This document shows, one piece after another, positions 14,712 through 24,688 of a stretch of 34,329 bases of DNA; positions within the stretch are counted from its first letter, which is position 1; each line of letters opens with the position of its first letter. Both the position numbers and the translations under genes were made by a program. This DNA comes from an uncultured Burkholderiales bacterium. GTDB taxonomy: Bacteria; Pseudomonadota; Gammaproteobacteria; Burkholderiales; Thiobacillaceae. The DNA lies in NCBI GenBank assembly GCA_937925755.1, contig CALAMX010000028.1:1-34329 (forward strand). The letters are read 5' to 3'. The notes beneath the pieces were generated by a model. That model made no database searches and was not told where the DNA came from. It saw only the letters and a list, made by a program, of their open reading frames with translations.

Positions 14712-15443
14712 TTAGATACCAATCGTTACATTCTTGTGGAACTTCTGGGCGACCGCGGCCAAGCGATGCGCCTGCCGGGTGGGCTCCGGTAGCCGATAGC
14801 GTGTCGTGCAGGCGAGCGTCAGACGCAAGGCCGTCGGCAGTGATACTCGGTGGCCGACCGAGACATAGACCGGCTTGACGAGGCTGCGCGTGCGCAGCAC
14901 TGCACCGATGACCTCCCCGTCATCCAGCAGCGGCGCCCAGCCCCCTTTCTCCAGCGGTGGCTCGGTATGACGGCCTGTCAGGCGGCTCTTGGCCACGCCG
15001 ATGGCGGGCGCGTTAAGCAGCACGCCCAGATGGCAGGCGAGACCAAAACGGCGCGGGTGGGCCAGTCCCTGGCCATCACACAAATAGAGGTCGGGCCGGA
15101 TGTTTAGCCGCTCGATGGCGGCGAGCACGGCGGGCAGTTCACGGAACGAGAGCAAACCAGGCACATAAGGGAAGGTCGTGGGCTGACACGCAACGGCTTG
15201 GTCTACGACCCGCAGCGCCGGATAGCTCAACACCACGACGGCGGCACAAGTGACGCGGCCATGCGCCCCAAAGCCCACGTCCACGCCGGCGACATGCTGC
15301 AGGACAGGCAGCCGGTCGGTCGTCTCTACCCGCTCGCGCAATCGGTCTTGGATCACTGCTGCTTCTGCTGGCGTGACCACCCAAGGGTGCGGCCAGCGAT
15401 CCTCAGACTGCACGCCCACCGCCGCGGGTTCGCTCCCGTTCAA
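14712..15443 (-). CDS. nfi: Endonuclease V (deoxyinosine 3' endonuclease / inosine-specific nuclease)
   Basis: Motifs [43 protein letters not shown] and [11 protein letters not shown] align by eye with E. coli Nfi. The start is uncertain: TTG at 15443 or GTG at 15419. Confidence 0.85.
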   Translation of the reverse strand: MNGSEPAAVGVQSEDRWPHPWVVTPAEAAVIQDRLRERVETTDRLPVLQHVAGVDVGFGAHGRVTCAAVVVLSYPALRVVDQAVACQPTTFPYVPGLLSFRELPAVLAAIERLNIRPDLYLCDGQGLAHPRRFGLACHLGVLLNAPAIGVAKSRLTGRHTEPPLEKGGWAPLLDDGEVIGAVLRTRSLVKPVYVSVGHRVSLPTALRLTLACTTRYRLPEPTRQAHRLAAVAQKFHKNVTIGI

Positions 15444-15518
15444 TTGAATCCCTGTTCTCGAAGATCGACTGCGCTTGGGTCTCGCGCCTCCCCCGCGCGG
15501 TCACGCAGGCAGAACTGG

Positions 15519-16952
15519 CTAGCCTTTGATACATACCTTGGGCCGCAGGAATGCGACGCGCCGAGCCAGCCCTGCCTTCTCGGTGGCCTCGGCGACGAGA
15601 TCGACGTCCTTGTAGGCCCCCGGCGCCTCCTCGGCGGCGCCGCGCAGCGACTTGGTGCGGATGAGGATGCCACGGTCACGCAATTCGTCGATCAGCTCAC
15701 GCCCGTGCCAATGCTTGAGCGCCTGTTTGCGGCTCATCGCTCGGCCGGCACCGTGGCTGGCCGAAGACCAGGCCTTCTGCTCGCTCTCGGTCGTACCAGC
15801 CAGGACATAAGAGCCGGTGCCCATGCTGCCGCCGATGATCACCGGTTGGCCAACGGCGCGGTATTCCGGTGGTAGTGCCGGGTGCCCCGGTCCTAGCGCC
15901 CGTGTGGCCCCCTTGCGGTGCACGTAGAGCATCCGCTCACGGCCCTGCCAGCGGTGTCGCTCCAGTTTGCAGGTATTGTGCGACACGTCGTAAAGCGTGG
16001 TCAGACGCGCCCCGGGGATCACGCTGGCGAAGGATGCGCGTGTCAGATGAGTGAGGATCTGACGGTTGGCCAGGGCTACATTGATGGCGGCGTTCATGGC
16101 ACCCAGGTATTCCTGCCCCTCGGGCGATTGGATCGGCGCGCAGGCGAGTTCCCGATCGGGCAGTTGTATGCCCAGCCGGCTGGCCGCCTTGGCCAGGCTG
16201 ACCAGGTAATCGGTGCCGATCTGGTGGCCCAGGCCACGCGAGCCGCAGTGGATGGACACCACGATCTGCCCCTCGTGTAGCCCGAAGGCGCGCGCGGCCT
16301 CGGCATCGTAGATGCGCTCCACGACCTGTACTTCCAGGTAGTGGTTGCCCGAGCCGAGGGTGCCCATCTCGCCGCGCTGGCGCTTCTTGGCCAGCTCCGA
16401 GACATTACCGGGTACCGCCCCTGCCATGCGCCCATGTTCCTCGATGAAATCGAGGTCGGCCTGTGTGCCATAACCGTGCTTGACCGCCCATTGCGCCCCC
16501 TCCAGCATGATCTGGTCGAGCTCGTGGGTGGAGAGCTTGAGATTGCCCTCCTCCCCAACCCCGGCAGGGATATCGCGAAACAGCGCGTCGGCGAGCTGGG
16601 GAAAGAAATCCACGGCGTCTTTGAGGTCGAGGTTGCTGCGCAGGCAACGGATGCCGCAGGAGATGTCGAAGCCCACCCCACCGGCGGAGATGATGCCGCC
16701 CTCTTCCGGGTCGAAGGCCGCCACCCCGCCGATGGGAAAGCCATAACCCCAGTGCGCGTCCGGCATGGTCATCGCCGGTCCGACCAGCCCCGGCAACCGT
16801 GCTACATTCGTGATCTGGGTGAGCACCATCTCGTCCATGGACGCGAGCAGTGGTGCGCTGCCGTAGAGCCGGACCTCGGCTCGCGTCTCGCCCTCACCCC
16901 TCTTAACGGTGTAGCACCATGGATCGATCTGCTTGAGCCGAGTCATGTCCAC
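15519..16952 (-). CDS. rtcB: RtcB RNA 3'-phosphate/5'-OH ligase
   Basis: Hallmark motifs GSGNHYLEVQ, HCGSRGLGHQ, HRKGATRA, GSMGTGSYV and SHGAGR. GGAGG lies 6 nt upstream of GTG 16950-16952. Confidence 0.95.
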   Translation of the reverse strand: MDMTRLKQIDPWCYTVKRGEGETRAEVRLYGSAPLLASMDEMVLTQITNVARLPGLVGPAMTMPDAHWGYGFPIGGVAAFDPEEGGIISAGGVGFDISCGIRCLRSNLDLKDAVDFFPQLADALFRDIPAGVGEEGNLKLSTHELDQIMLEGAQWAVKHGYGTQADLDFIEEHGRMAGAVPGNVSELAKKRQRGEMGTLGSGNHYLEVQVVERIYDAEAARAFGLHEGQIVVSIHCGSRGLGHQIGTDYLVSLAKAASRLGIQLPDRELACAPIQSPEGQEYLGAMNAAINVALANRQILTHLTRASFASVIPGARLTTLYDVSHNTCKLERHRWQGRERMLYVHRKGATRALGPGHPALPPEYRAVGQPVIIGGSMGTGSYVLAGTTESEQKAWSSASHGAGRAMSRKQALKHWHGRELIDELRDRGILIRTKSLRGAAEEAPGAYKDVDLVAEATEKAGLARRVAFLRPKVCIKG

Positions 16953-16983
16953 GGTCCACCTCCGGATCCCTGATTCCTACCCT

Positions 16984-17397
16984 CTACACATCCACCACGC
17001 AGCGCACCCGCCAGCCCTTATCGCCCGGTTCGACCTTGAGCTGGGTCAACGTCGCCCCCTTGACCTCGGTGCCGCGTACGACCCCCGGCCGCCAGGGCAT
17101 GCCCCAGGCCTCGCCCTGCCAATGGTTACCCTCTCGCCGCAGATCATAGGCGCAAAAGACTAGGCCATGCACACGCGCCTGAGCAAGCAACTGATTGAGC
17201 CAGGTGATGAGCGCCAGTTCCACGTCTGACTCGTCGAAGGCCACGCTCACGCGGCGCTCCGGGATGATGGTGGACGGCTCGGCCATGACGGCGAACATGG
17301 CGAGCGCCGCGTTGACGAAGGCCTCCTCCAGGGTCTTTCCCTCGGCCTCGATGCCGATGTCGGCCTCGTGGTCGAAATAACGGTAATCGGCGGTCAT
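16984..17397 (-). CDS. Archease (RtcB activator/chaperone)
   Basis: 137 aa. The N-terminal YFDHEADIGIEAEG matches the archease signature, with the C-terminal VKGATLTQLKV. It ends 31 nt upstream of rtcB on the same strand. Confidence 0.85.
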   Translation of the reverse strand: MTADYRYFDHEADIGIEAEGKTLEEAFVNAALAMFAVMAEPSTIIPERRVSVAFDESDVELALITWLNQLLAQARVHGLVFCAYDLRREGNHWQGEAWGMPWRPGVVRGTEVKGATLTQLKVEPGDKGWRVRCVVDV

Positions 17398-17457
17398 GGC
17401 GATGGGCTTGGGTGACTATAATGTCGAGTTTACCGTGACATTGATCAGGATAGACCG

Positions 17458-18545
17458 ATGGAAGCCGAACGCCTAAATCAGATTGAGCAGTCTCTTGCCG
17501 ACTTGGCGCGCCGCACCCAGGACTTAAGGGGGTATCTTTGACTACCCTGGCAAACGCGACCGGCTCGACGAGCTCATCCGCATCACGGAAGACCCTGCCC
17601 TCTGGGATGACCCCAAGCGTGCCCAGGAGATCGGCCGTGAGCGCAAGGCCCTGGAGGCCGTGGTCCATAGCCTGGAGTCGATAGACCAGGACCTCGCCGC
17701 GGCGCGCGAGCTGTTCGAACTCGCCCGCGCGGAAGAAGACGATGCCACCCTGGAGGCGGTGGCGGCCGACGTGGCAGCCCTTGGCGCGCGCGTCGCCGAG
17801 CTGGAGTTCCGCCGCATGTTCTCCGGCCCCATGGACGCGCGCCCCTGCTTCATCGAGATCAACGCCGGCGCCGGCGGCACCGAGGCGCAGGACTGGGCCG
17901 GCATGCTCGAGCGCATGTACCTGCGCTACTGCGAGCGCAAGGGCTTCAAGACCGAGGTGCTGGAAGAGTCCGAGGGCGAGGTCGCCGGCATCAAGAGCGC
18001 CACCATCCGCGTGGACGGCGAATACGCCTATGGCTATCTACGCACCGAAACCGGCGTGCACCGCTTGGTGCGCAAATCGCCTTTTGACGCCAACGCCCGC
18101 CGGCACACCTCCTTCGCCAGCGTCTTCGTTTATCCGGAGGTGGACGACTCCATCGAGATCGACATCAACCCGGCCGACGTGCGGGTGGACACCTACCGCG
18201 CGAGCGGCGCCGGCGGCCAGCACGTCAACAAGACCGACAGCGCGGTGCGGCTCACCCATATCCCCACCGGTATCGTCGTGCAGTGCCAGAACGACCGCTC
18301 ACAGCACCGCAACCGCGAGGAGGCCTGGAACCTGCTGCGCGCCCGACTCTACGAATTGGAGCTGAGAAAACGTCAGGCCGAGCAGCAGAAGCTGGAGGAG
18401 AGCAAGACCGACATCGGCTGGGGCCACCAGATCCGCTCCTACGTGCTGGACCAGTCGCGCATCAAGGATCTGCGTACCGGCTACGAGGTGGGCAACACCC
18501 AGGCGGTGCTCGACGGGGACCTGGACGGCTTCATCGAGGCGAGCC

Positions 18546-18562
<17 letters not shown>
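17458..18562 (+). CDS. prfB: Peptide chain release factor 2, made by programmed +1 frameshifting: join(17458..17538, 17540..18562)
   Basis: ORF0 ([27 protein letters not shown]) ends at in-frame TGA 17539-17541, inside the canonical AGGGGGTATCTTTGAC site. The +1 frame continues [12 protein letters not shown]... into the 300-aa track ORF. SPF (VRKSPFD) and GGQ (SGAGGQHVN) motifs are present. Confidence 0.95.
17527..17542 (+). promoter_or_regulatory. prfB +1 frameshift site (internal SD-like AGGGGG, slippery CTT, stop TGA followed by C)
   Basis: The sequence AGGGGGTATCTTTGAC is identical in logic and nearly identical in sequence to the E. coli prfB autoregulatory site. Confidence 0.9.
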
Positions 18563-20372
<1,810 letters not shown>

Positions 20373-20449
20373 GGCGTGGGCTTCTGCACGATACCTTCGG
20401 TTGTGGCACGGGCCTATAATCGTGTCACATTATCCCCCGAGTCACCGTC

Positions 20450-20680
20450 ATGAAGGAACTCACCATCCGTGAAGCACGCGCGGGGCTGTCACATCCCGAG
20501 CGCATGTTCGCCGACGCCGACGAGATCCTGGTGGTGCGGCGCGGCCAGCCTGTTGCCCGTATCCTGCCTGTGGCGCCCAGGCGCCGTCTGGGCGCGCTCA
20601 GGCAATTCCTGCTGCAACAACCGCTGCAACCCGTGACGAGCGAGACGCTGCTCAAGGAGGAGCGCGAGGAGCGCGCGTGA
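20450..20680 (+). CDS. Type II antitoxin (Phd/YefM- or VapB-like)
   Basis: A 76-aa protein with an acidic C-terminus. Its stop overlaps (GTGA) the start of the PIN-domain gene. Confidence 0.7.
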   Translation: MKELTIREARAGLSHPERMFADADEILVVRRGQPVARILPVAPRRRLGALRQFLLQQPLQPVTSETLLKEEREERA

Positions 20681-21117
20681 ACGCCTATATCGACACCAGC
20701 GCCCTGGCCAAGTGCTATGTGCGTGAGGCGCGCTCCTTCGACGTCCTGGCCTGGGCAGAATCCGCAGCGCCCGTGGCCATCAGCGGCCTGACCCTGGTCG
20801 AGCTGCGTTGCCTGCTGGCGCGCCGCCGCCGCGCCGGTCAGATCGACCGCAGCACAGAGCGCCGCGCCCTGGCCGAGTTCGAGCTCGACCTGGTGTCGCG
20901 AAACTGGATCCTTTATCCTGACTGGACCGGCTTGTACGACGCCGCGCGTCAGCTGATCGACCTCGTCCCCGAGGTGGCGTTGCACACCTTTGACGCCCTG
21001 CATCTGGCCTGTGCGCGCCACTACGGCTGCCAACTGCTCGCCACCGCCGACCGCCTCCAATCCGAGGCGGCCCAGGCGCTCGGAATCCATGTCCTGACCT
21101 TTCACACCACAGCCTGA
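20677..21117 (+). CDS. vapC: PIN-domain toxin, VapC family
   Basis: N-terminal YIDTS acidic residue, LVEL, FDALHLA and ATAD motifs typical of the PIN fold. GTG start overlaps the antitoxin stop. Confidence 0.8.
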   Translation: MNAYIDTSALAKCYVREARSFDVLAWAESAAPVAISGLTLVELRCLLARRRRAGQIDRSTERRALAEFELDLVSRNWILYPDWTGLYDAARQLIDLVPEVALHTFDALHLACARHYGCQLLATADRLQSEAAQALGIHVLTFHTTA

Positions 21118-21121
21118 TACG

Positions 21122-22627
21122 ATGTCCCAACCCACACCCAACGACCACCGAGACGACAACGCCATCATCGCCGAGCGCCGCGCCAAGCTGGCCGAGCTTC
21201 GTAAACAAGGACCCGCCTTCCCCAACGACTTCGAGCGCCGCGACCTGGCCGGTGACCTGCACGCGGCCTTCGGCCACAAGGACAAGGCGGAACTGGAGGC
21301 CGCCGCCATCCCGGTGCAGATCGCCGGACGCATGATGTTGAAGCGGGTGATGGGCAAGGTGAGCTTCGCCACCCTGCAGGACATGAGCGGCCGCATCCAG
21401 ATCTACGTCGCCACCGACAGCGTCGGGGCCAACGTCTACGAGGCCTTCAAGCACTGGGACCTGGGCGACATCCTGGGGGTGGCCGGCACCCTGTTCAAGA
21501 CCAAGACGGGCGAGCTCACCGTGCACGCCACCAGCGTGCGCCTGCTGGTGAAGTCGCTGCGGCCCCTGCCGGAGAAGTTCCATGGGCTCACCGACACCGA
21601 GCAGAAGTACCGGCAGCGCTACCTCGACCTCATCACCAACGAGGTTACCCGCCAGACCTTCATCCGCCGCTCGCGCATCGTGCAGGCCCTACGCGAGTTC
21701 ATGACCGGCAAGGGCTTCCTGGAGGTGGAGACGCCCATGATGCAGCCCATCCCCGGCGGCGCCACGGCCAGGCCCTTCGTCACCTACCACAACGCGCTGG
21801 ACATGCCACTGTATCTGCGCATCGCCCCGGAGCTCTATCTCAAGCGCCTGGTGGTGGGTGGCTTCGAGAAGGTGTTCGAGATCAATCGCAACTTCCGCAA
21901 CGAGGGCATCTCCACCCGGCACAACCCCGAGTTCACCATGATGGAGTTCTACGAGGCCTATCGGGATTACACCGACCTCATGGACTTCGTCGAGGAGATG
22001 CTGCGTTTCGTCAGCCACGCGGTCCTCGGCCACACCGCCCTCACCTACCAGGGTCAGCGCATCAACCTGGCGCAGCCCTTCGCCCGCTTGACCATCCTCG
22101 AGGCCACGCGGCTGTACAACCAGGACTTGCAGGACGCCCCGCTCGACGACCCCGACTTCCTGCGCGCTGAGATGAAGCGGCGCGGCATCGCCTATCGCGA
22201 AAGCGACGGCGTAGGAGGGTTGCAGCTTACGCTGTTCGAGGCGACCACCGAGCACCAGCTCATCCAGCCCACCTACATCATCGACTATCCGGCCGAGGTC
22301 TCGCCCCTGGCACGTGCCAGCGACAGCAACCCCGCCATTACCGAGCGCTTCGAGCTGTACATCGCCGGGCGCGAGATCGCCAACGGCTTTTCCGAGCTCA
22401 ACGACCCGGAGGACCAGGCCGAGCGCTTCATGGCCCAGGTGCGCGCCAAGGAGGCGGGCGACGAAGAGGCCATGTATTACGACGCCGATTACATCCGCGC
22501 GTTGGAGTATGGGTTGCCGCCCACCGGCGGCTGCGGCATTGGTATCGACCGCCTGGTGATGCTGCTCACCGACGCGGCCAGCATCCGCGACGTCATCCTC
22601 TTCCCGCTCCTGCGGCCGAGTGATTGA
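21122..22627 (+). CDS. lysS: Lysine--tRNA ligase, class II
   Basis: 501 aa with an N-terminal OB anticodon-binding region and class II motifs ([27 protein letters not shown]). Confidence 0.95.
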   Translation: MSQPTPNDHRDDNAIIAERRAKLAELRKQGPAFPNDFERRDLAGDLHAAFGHKDKAELEAAAIPVQIAGRMMLKRVMGKVSFATLQDMSGRIQIYVATDSVGANVYEAFKHWDLGDILGVAGTLFKTKTGELTVHATSVRLLVKSLRPLPEKFHGLTDTEQKYRQRYLDLITNEVTRQTFIRRSRIVQALREFMTGKGFLEVETPMMQPIPGGATARPFVTYHNALDMPLYLRIAPELYLKRLVVGGFEKVFEINRNFRNEGISTRHNPEFTMMEFYEAYRDYTDLMDFVEEMLRFVSHAVLGHTALTYQGQRINLAQPFARLTILEATRLYNQDLQDAPLDDPDFLRAEMKRRGIAYRESDGVGGLQLTLFEATTEHQLIQPTYIIDYPAEVSPLARASDSNPAITERFELYIAGREIANGFSELNDPEDQAERFMAQVRAKEAGDEEAMYYDADYIRALEYGLPPTGGCGIGIDRLVMLLTDAASIRDVILFPLLRPSD

Positions 22628-22653
22628 ACCGTGTCGTGCCTTAGGCGGTGCCG

Positions 22654-23589
22654 ATGAATTCAGGCCCCCTACTCGACGATTCTCCGCGTTCCCCCTTCGA
22701 TCGGGCGCTGGCTCAGATCGAGGGCGTCGTCCTTGGCAAGCCGCGGCAGATCCGCCTGGCGCTCGCTTGCCTGCTGGCGCGCGGCCACCTGCTCATCGAG
22801 GACCTGCCCGGTGTGGGCAAGACCACCCTGGCGCATGCCCTCGCCCATACCCTGGGCCTGGAATTCACCCGCCTGCAGTTCACCAGCGATCTGCTGCCCA
22901 GTGACATCCTCGGCTACTCGGTCTTCGAGCAGGCGAGCGGCACCTTCCGCTTCCACCCTGGTCCCATCTTCGCCCAGGTGGTGCTGGCCGACGAGATCAA
23001 CCGCGCCACCCCCAAGGCGCAGAGCGCCTTGCTGGAGGCCATGGAAGAGGGCCAGGTGAGCCTGGAGGGGGTCAGCCGGCGGCTGCCGGAGCCCTTCTTC
23101 GTGCTCGCCACGCAGAACCCTTTCACCCAGGCGGGGGTCTATCCCCTGCCCGAGTCACAGCTCGACCGCTTCCTCATGCGCCTGTCCCTGGGCTACCCCG
23201 ACCGGAGCGCGGAGCGGGCGCTTTTGGCCGGCGAAAACCGCCGCCCCCAGTCCCTTGCCCCGGTGCTCACCGCGGCCGAGCTGATCGCGGCGCAGGCCTG
23301 CGTCGATCAGGTGCATCTGGCACCGGCCCTGCTCGACTACCTACAGGCCCTGATCGAACACACCCGCACGGCGGGGCGTTTCCTGCATGGTCTCTCGCCA
23401 CGCGCCGGACTGGCGCTGGCTCGCTCGGCGCGTGCCTGGGCCTGGCTGCACGGCCGCGACTACGTCATTCCCGAGGACGTGCAGGCCGTCTTCCCCTTCG
23501 TCGCCGGGCATCGCCTACAAGATGCGGAGGGGGTGAGCAGTGGCGATGCTGCTGCCCAGGCCGTGCTGGCGGCCGTGGCGATCCCCTGA
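22654..23589 (+). CDS. moxR: MoxR-family AAA+ ATPase
   Basis: Walker A GVGKT, Walker B VLADEINR, ALLEAMEEGQVS and LATQNP, typical of the AAA_3/MoxR family. ATG 22654 has AGG 8 nt upstream; an alternative GTG lies at 22648. Confidence 0.9.
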   Translation: MNSGPLLDDSPRSPFDRALAQIEGVVLGKPRQIRLALACLLARGHLLIEDLPGVGKTTLAHALAHTLGLEFTRLQFTSDLLPSDILGYSVFEQASGTFRFHPGPIFAQVVLADEINRATPKAQSALLEAMEEGQVSLEGVSRRLPEPFFVLATQNPFTQAGVYPLPESQLDRFLMRLSLGYPDRSAERALLAGENRRPQSLAPVLTAAELIAAQACVDQVHLAPALLDYLQALIEHTRTAGRFLHGLSPRAGLALARSARAWAWLHGRDYVIPEDVQAVFPFVAGHRLQDAEGVSSGDAAAQAVLAAVAIP

Positions 23590-23643
23590 TGGCGGGGTGA
23601 CCCGTGCGCAACCACGCCGCCAGTGAGTGAGGCGCCGACTTCC

Positions 23644-24642
23644 ATGCCACGTCTGTCCGGGTTCAGCCCCCCGTCCTCCACCATCCGCTCCCGCCTGCTC
23701 GACCTGCCCGTGCGCAACCGCCTCATGCGCCGACTGTTCGGCCTGCGCGGCGCCGATGCCCTGCCCTTCCGGCTCACAGCGCGGCGGGTCTACATCCTGC
23801 CCTCGCGGGCAGGGCTCGCCTTCCTCGGTCTGCTGGCCGGCATGCTGCTCGGCTCGATCAACTACGCGCTGACCATGGGTTATCTCTTCACCTTCCTCCT
23901 GCTGGGTCTGTTGAGCGCCACCCTCTTCGCCACCTGGCGCAACCTGATCGGGCTCACCGTCCAGGCGATCGACAGCGAACCGGCCTTTGTTGGGGCGACA
24001 CTCCGCTTCGTCATCCGACTGGCCGATAGCGAGGGCAGGTCGCGCCACTCGATCGGGCTTGCCGTCTCCGGCGCAGACCCCATCTTCACCGCGATCGCCG
24101 CCTCCGGCCAAACCCACGTGCGCCTCGACTGTCCAGCACAGCGGCGCGGTCGCCAGCCTCTGGGGGTGGTGCGCATCTATAGCGAGTATCCCTTGGGGCT
24201 GTTCCACGCCTGGGCCCTGTTCGAACCCGAGATCGCCGGCATCGTCTGGCCGCGCCCAGTCGGCCCCCATCCCTTGCCGAGCGAGGCCGGGGAGAAGGCC
24301 GGCAGCGAGGGGATGCGCCGGCGCGGAGCGGAAGATTTCGCGGGGCTCGGTGCGTACACGCCAGGCGATCCACCCTCGCGCATCGCCTGGAAGACGCTGG
24401 CCCGGCATGCCGAGCCCTTGGTCAAACGCTTTGAGTCGCCTCAGGGCAGCGAGCTATGGCTCGATTGGGCCGCTTTGGGCGGCCTCGACCCCGAGGCACG
24501 TCTGTCACAGCTCGTTGCCTGGGTGTTGGCGGCGGAGCGCGCCGCTCGCCCTTATGGCCTGCGTCTGCCTACCCAGACCCTACCCATCGGCCTGGGGCTC
24601 GCGCATCGCAACCGCTGCCTCACGGCGCTGGCACTCGTCTGA
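23644..24642 (+). CDS. DUF58-family protein (vWA-like partner of MoxR)
   Basis: Two N-terminal TM segments, the motif EDFAGLGAYTPGDPPSRIAWK typical of DUF58, and a position right after moxR. The start may alternatively be GTG 23623. Confidence 0.8.
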   Translation: MPRLSGFSPPSSTIRSRLLDLPVRNRLMRRLFGLRGADALPFRLTARRVYILPSRAGLAFLGLLAGMLLGSINYALTMGYLFTFLLLGLLSATLFATWRNLIGLTVQAIDSEPAFVGATLRFVIRLADSEGRSRHSIGLAVSGADPIFTAIAASGQTHVRLDCPAQRRGRQPLGVVRIYSEYPLGLFHAWALFEPEIAGIVWPRPVGPHPLPSEAGEKAGSEGMRRRGAEDFAGLGAYTPGDPPSRIAWKTLARHAEPLVKRFESPQGSELWLDWAALGGLDPEARLSQLVAWVLAAERAARPYGLRLPTQTLPIGLGLAHRNRCLTALALV

Positions 24643-24688
24643 GGTCGTGAAGGTGAGGATCGGTGTCAGGTTGTAGAGGGCTGTGGCG

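Noticed and set aside
17417-17445. TATAAT hexamer (17417-17422) and a 6-bp inverted repeat AATGTC-N11-GACATT (17420-17442) in the archease/prfB divergent region
   Set aside because: The -10 is plausible for prfB, but I found no convincing -35. The inverted repeat is only 6 bp once checked base by base, which is too weak to call an operator.
22654-24642. MoxR-type ATPase plus vWA-like protein as NorQ/NorD (nitric oxide reductase maturation)
   Set aside because: It is 11 kb from norCB and in a different operon after lysS. The partner is DUF58 followed by a transglutaminase protein (tgpA-type triad), and the ATPase shows AAA_3/MoxR rather than CbbQ/NorQ-type features.
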